A DNA stretch of 63,920 nucleotides, the filler included, from Olpidium bornovanus S191 (lineage: Eukaryota; Fungi; Olpidiomycota), in the NCBI GenBank assembly GCA_017911155.1. It is 32 parts of 32 records of this genome, joined end to end, with 100 filler letters (N's around TTAATTAATTAA, not from the genome) between each part and the next. Parts side by side here need not be neighbours in the genome. Positions count along the whole stretch, not along the records: positions 60,412 to 62,818 come from JAEFCI010009213.1; positions 62,919 to 63,920 come from JAEFCI010000025.1; 30 more parts are not named here. One strand, given 5' to 3'. The stretch's first letter is position 1. Every line of letters begins with the position of its first letter. Shown in pieces: positions 60,412 to 63,920 of this stretch. The notes under the pieces are model-generated. The model was not told the DNA's origin. It saw only the letters and a list, made by a program, of their open reading frames with translations, and did not search any database. The position numbers and the translations under genes were made by a program.

Positions 60412-62622
60412 CATGATCCGGGGCGCCCTTTCGTTCAGAACGTCACGAACGTGGTTGTCCAACCGTGCCACGTCGGTGATGGTTGTCGCCGTGGTGACGC
60501 CCACCTCGCGCACGAAGTTGTTGATCGCCTCAGGCGGCACTCCGCGCCGCCGCAGTGCAGGAAGCGTATAAAGCCGCGGATCGTCCCATCCACGCACGAT
60601 CCCTTCCTCCACGAGTTGCAGGATCTTGCGCTTCGACAGCATCGTCCGCGTGATGTTCAGCCGGCCGTATTCCCATTGCACCGGCTTATACACTTCGAGC
60701 GCATCGCACAGCCAGTAGTACGATTCCCGCGATAGCCGGAACTCGAGCGTGCACATAGAATGAGTGATGTGCTCGAACGAGTCGCACAGACAATGAGTGT
60801 AGTCATACGTGGGGTAGATGACCCACTTGTCGCCCGTGCGATGGTGGTGGGAGTTTAAAACCCGGTACGCCACAAGGTCCCAGAACTGTGGGTTCGGGTT
60901 TTCCAGGTCCATCTTCATCCGTAGGGTCGCTTCTCCTTCCTTGTAATGCCCGTCGCGCATTCGCCCAAATTCCCGCGCAGACTCATCCAACGGTCGATTC
61001 CGGTGCTTGCACGCGTAGCGCGGGCCCTTGCTGGCACCACCGCGCTGCTCGAAAATCTCCTCGCCAGTGCAGTGGCACACGTACGCCTTATCGCGCCGGA
61101 TAAGCTCGACGGCGAGGTCGTACAGGCGCTGGAAGTGGTCTGAGGAGTACGTAACTAGGTCCGGTTCGAACCCGAGCCAACGCACCGTCTCGAGTATGGA
61201 GTCGAAGTACACCTGCTCCTCCGCTTCGGGGTTCGTGTCGTCATACCGAAGATAACAGGTTCCCCCGTGGATCTTGGCGTACCCAAAATTCACGTTGATC
61301 GCTTTCGCGTGACCTATGTGCAGGAAACCATTCGGTTCCGGAGGGAATCGCGTCCGAACCCTACCACCGGTTATCGCAAGGTGTTCATTCATTAAGGACT
61401 CCTTGATTTGAGGATTGCCGCCAGGCTTGTGCAACTTCAGCATCTCTCCCTCTTTTAGGTGTGCAAAATGATCCCGAAAATTTATAGACGATTCTGGCAG
61501 AGGCTTGCGTTCCGCGGCTTTTGGTGTCCTTTCCTTTTTCTACGCACCGTACCCGTTGAAAAGGAAACAGACAGCAGATACGTTTATTCAAGGCGACACA
61601 TTCGCCTGGTGACACGTGGAATACTCAGCCCAAAGGCTACGACATACCTTCGGCGCGTCTCGGTCATCTTTCGGCCCTAGCAGGGCAAGGATAGCCGCAT
61701 CAAACTCCTCCTTTACCGCTTGGCCGTTCGCCCACCGCAAATCCGGCAGCTGACGGAGAACACCAAAGACCTTGTTGACGAACTGGTACCTTTCAGAAAC
61801 CAGCTGGGCAGAATTCTCTTCGATGACGCGGCTGACTTGAAGTGCGATCTCCGCTGGGCTAACAGAGACGCCTAGACCATGAAACAAATATACGTTCTGG
61901 TGAGCGCTTTGTCCCACAAGGACCAGCGTACCTTCAGCTCGCCGAGTCCTTGGTAAGCAGGAGCGGGGTTATTCAAAACCAAAAAAAGAAGCGACTGCCC
62001 TCAAAGCGCGTTTATCGGTCCGCGACTTTCGCCACCCTCAGCGGACTACTACGCGAGCGGCGCCCAACAGGCGGCGCGCGCGAGACGGCATGCTTGCCCC
62101 CGCGGCGACATCACCTCTGCAAAGACAGACGGCTCGCGCCCACCGTTTGCGGCGCGCGCTGCGCTCGTGTCCACCGTTCTCCGGAAAAAACGTCAGCAAG
62201 TGGGGCCCTTCGCTTCCGCGCCACGGTTTCTCTTACGCACCAACTCCGCACTCCTTGTCGAACTCGGCGACGTCCACCGCGGTTCCACAGCCCGCCTTCC
62301 TTTTCTGGAAATATTTTACCGCTGCTGCCACCTGGTCGGTGGAAGCAAGCTTCCCGTTCCCGATCGCCTTGGCTACGAACGCGATGTTCTCCGGCTTCGC
62401 GTCCTTTGCAGCAGCGCCTGTGGACGCGAGCGTGTAAAGTAGGGTGCCCAGGGCCTTCCTGTCTCCGTCGGCCGGCAATGCCGAGGCGGAAATGACGTCC
62501 CTGAGCGCTGCAGCGAGCTTTTTGTTCCGGGCCGTCTCGATGGCCTTTTGCGGCGCCAATCCAATTGACTCGAACAGCGGCACCACGTCGTCAACGGCGC
62601 CTACCGGCGCTTCTCCCGGCAT
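60412..62622 (-). CDS. GLN4: Glutaminyl-tRNA synthetase, 3'-partial
   Basis: Eukaryotic N-terminal extension (LFESIGL...ECGV|GVSVS...LRWA), then [48 protein letters not shown] and LSKRKI (HIGH/KMSKS-type motifs). Confidence 0.98.
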
Positions 62623-62689
62623 GTTTTTTTGCTGCGTGCCCGGCGAGGGAAGTTGTGCTGGTTGTGGGCGTTTGGGAGACCTGCGGGGC

Positions 62690-62818
<129 letters not shown>

Positions 62819-63359
62819 NNNNNNNNNNNNNNNNNNNNNNNNNNNNNNNNNNNNNNNNNNNNTTAATTAATTAANNNNNNNNNNNNNNNNNNNNNNNNNN
62901 NNNNNNNNNNNNNNNNNNGCACACTGTAAAAGGCGCTCTCTCCGCTGTCGCTCTGCGCATCCCTCCTTTGAGTGTTGCCTTTTTTCTTTCCGTTCTGCGC
63001 GGAGCGCTTTCCTCTCCGCCAAGCAAAATTCACCGGGCGCTGACTTCGGTCCTTGCCTCTGTTCGTTCCGCGCCTCTGCTTCTGCTCGTTACGCCCCCGC
63101 CCCCCGCCCCCCCTCTGTTCGTTCGTTTCGTTCTTCCGCTTTTGTTCGTTTCGCGCCTCCGCTACTCTTCGGTTTGCGCCGCTGCCTCTATTTGTTAGGC
63201 TCTTCGCCAAGCATTCTCCAGGAGTCGGACCTCGTTGCGGACACAGGATGGCAAGCTAAATACCTTTTTTTCTTGGTACTTCTTTTGACTTTGGGAGTGG
63301 GGCGTGGATTGCGGGCGAAGTCGGATGCGTGTCCCAGGTAAAGTGCATACAGGCCGGAG

Positions 63360-63548
63360 GGGGCATGGTAACATGGCACATGCCGCCCGGAATAATAAGC
63401 GGGAGCATGGTAACATAAGTTGGCACATGCAAACCGAAAAAGCGGGAGCATGGTAACATGGCACATGCAGACCGAATTAGAGAGGGGGCATGGAACAAAG
63501 GTACATGCTGCCCCGGTGGGAGCATGGTAACGTAGTTCATGCAGACCG
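63360..63548. repeat. Five degenerate 34-43-bp units, each GCATGG(T)AAC...CATGC
   Basis: CATGGTAAC at 63364, 63406, 63449 and 63523; CATGGAAC at 63489. Each is followed by a CATGC forming a short inverted repeat. Confidence 0.9.
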
Positions 63549-63920
63549 GTTCCAGCTTGCGCGGGCGTCGTGAGAATGGGGTGGTGCGTCGCCATGGTTT
63601 TCTTGTCCTTCCGCCGACACTAACGCCATTTCCCGCGCTGCACTAGGTCTCCTTCAAGGTCGTCTCCCTCAAGATCTTCCAAAACGGCAGTGCACACGCG
63701 TTGGTTAAAAGTTTTTTTTGATTTTCTGGAATTTTTTTGTTTTATTTTTGCAACAGTGACGCTCACCGGTCCCGTAGGAGACGGTGTCCAGCCTACGCGC
63801 ATGCTCTAATGCAGCGCGGGGGTGCTGAGGAGAGGGTCGGCGACCTTAGCGTATATGGACAATGTGGTTAGCCTCCGCAAGATCAGGGTTTTCGAAGCGG
63901 TGTCCAACCTTGGCGTATGC

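Noticed and set aside
63360-63548. CRISPR array
   Set aside because: Eukaryotic context, degenerate repeats, short spacers that resemble each other, and no cas genes.

Overview
This window is not one locus. It is 32 short contigs (about 1-4.4 kb) joined by 31 artificial 100-bp linkers (N44-TTAATTAATTAA-N44), so neighbouring contigs are not real genomic neighbours. The DNA is GC-rich, intron-rich and eukaryotic, with long homopolymer runs. Fungal-type housekeeping genes (BSD2, VPS24, Rheb, YCK-type casein kinase 1, Argonaute, IDO/BNA2, MDM35, CCC1/VIT1, SSO-type syntaxin, GLN4) occur together with motile-flagellum genes (WDR63/DNAI3, SPEF2, TTC29). That points to a zoosporic fungus; the fragmented, homopolymer-rich style resembles Olpidium, but the taxon is inference. 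Most genes are cut by contig ends. Mobile DNA includes three Ty1/copia relics (protease, integrase, RT) and a frameshifted Ty3/gypsy gag. The best leads are: (1) a 73-nt tRNA-like Pol III module 43 bp inside a PPT+TGTTGG LTR-like start; (2) an intronless, divergent PrimPol-type primase; (3) a signal-peptide + RING-H2 protein with an in-frame TAA and a 39-aa repeat tail; (4) a cluster of GC-rich hairpins with UUCG/GNRA tetraloops on the minus strand. All identifications come from motif recognition by eye; no database search was run.
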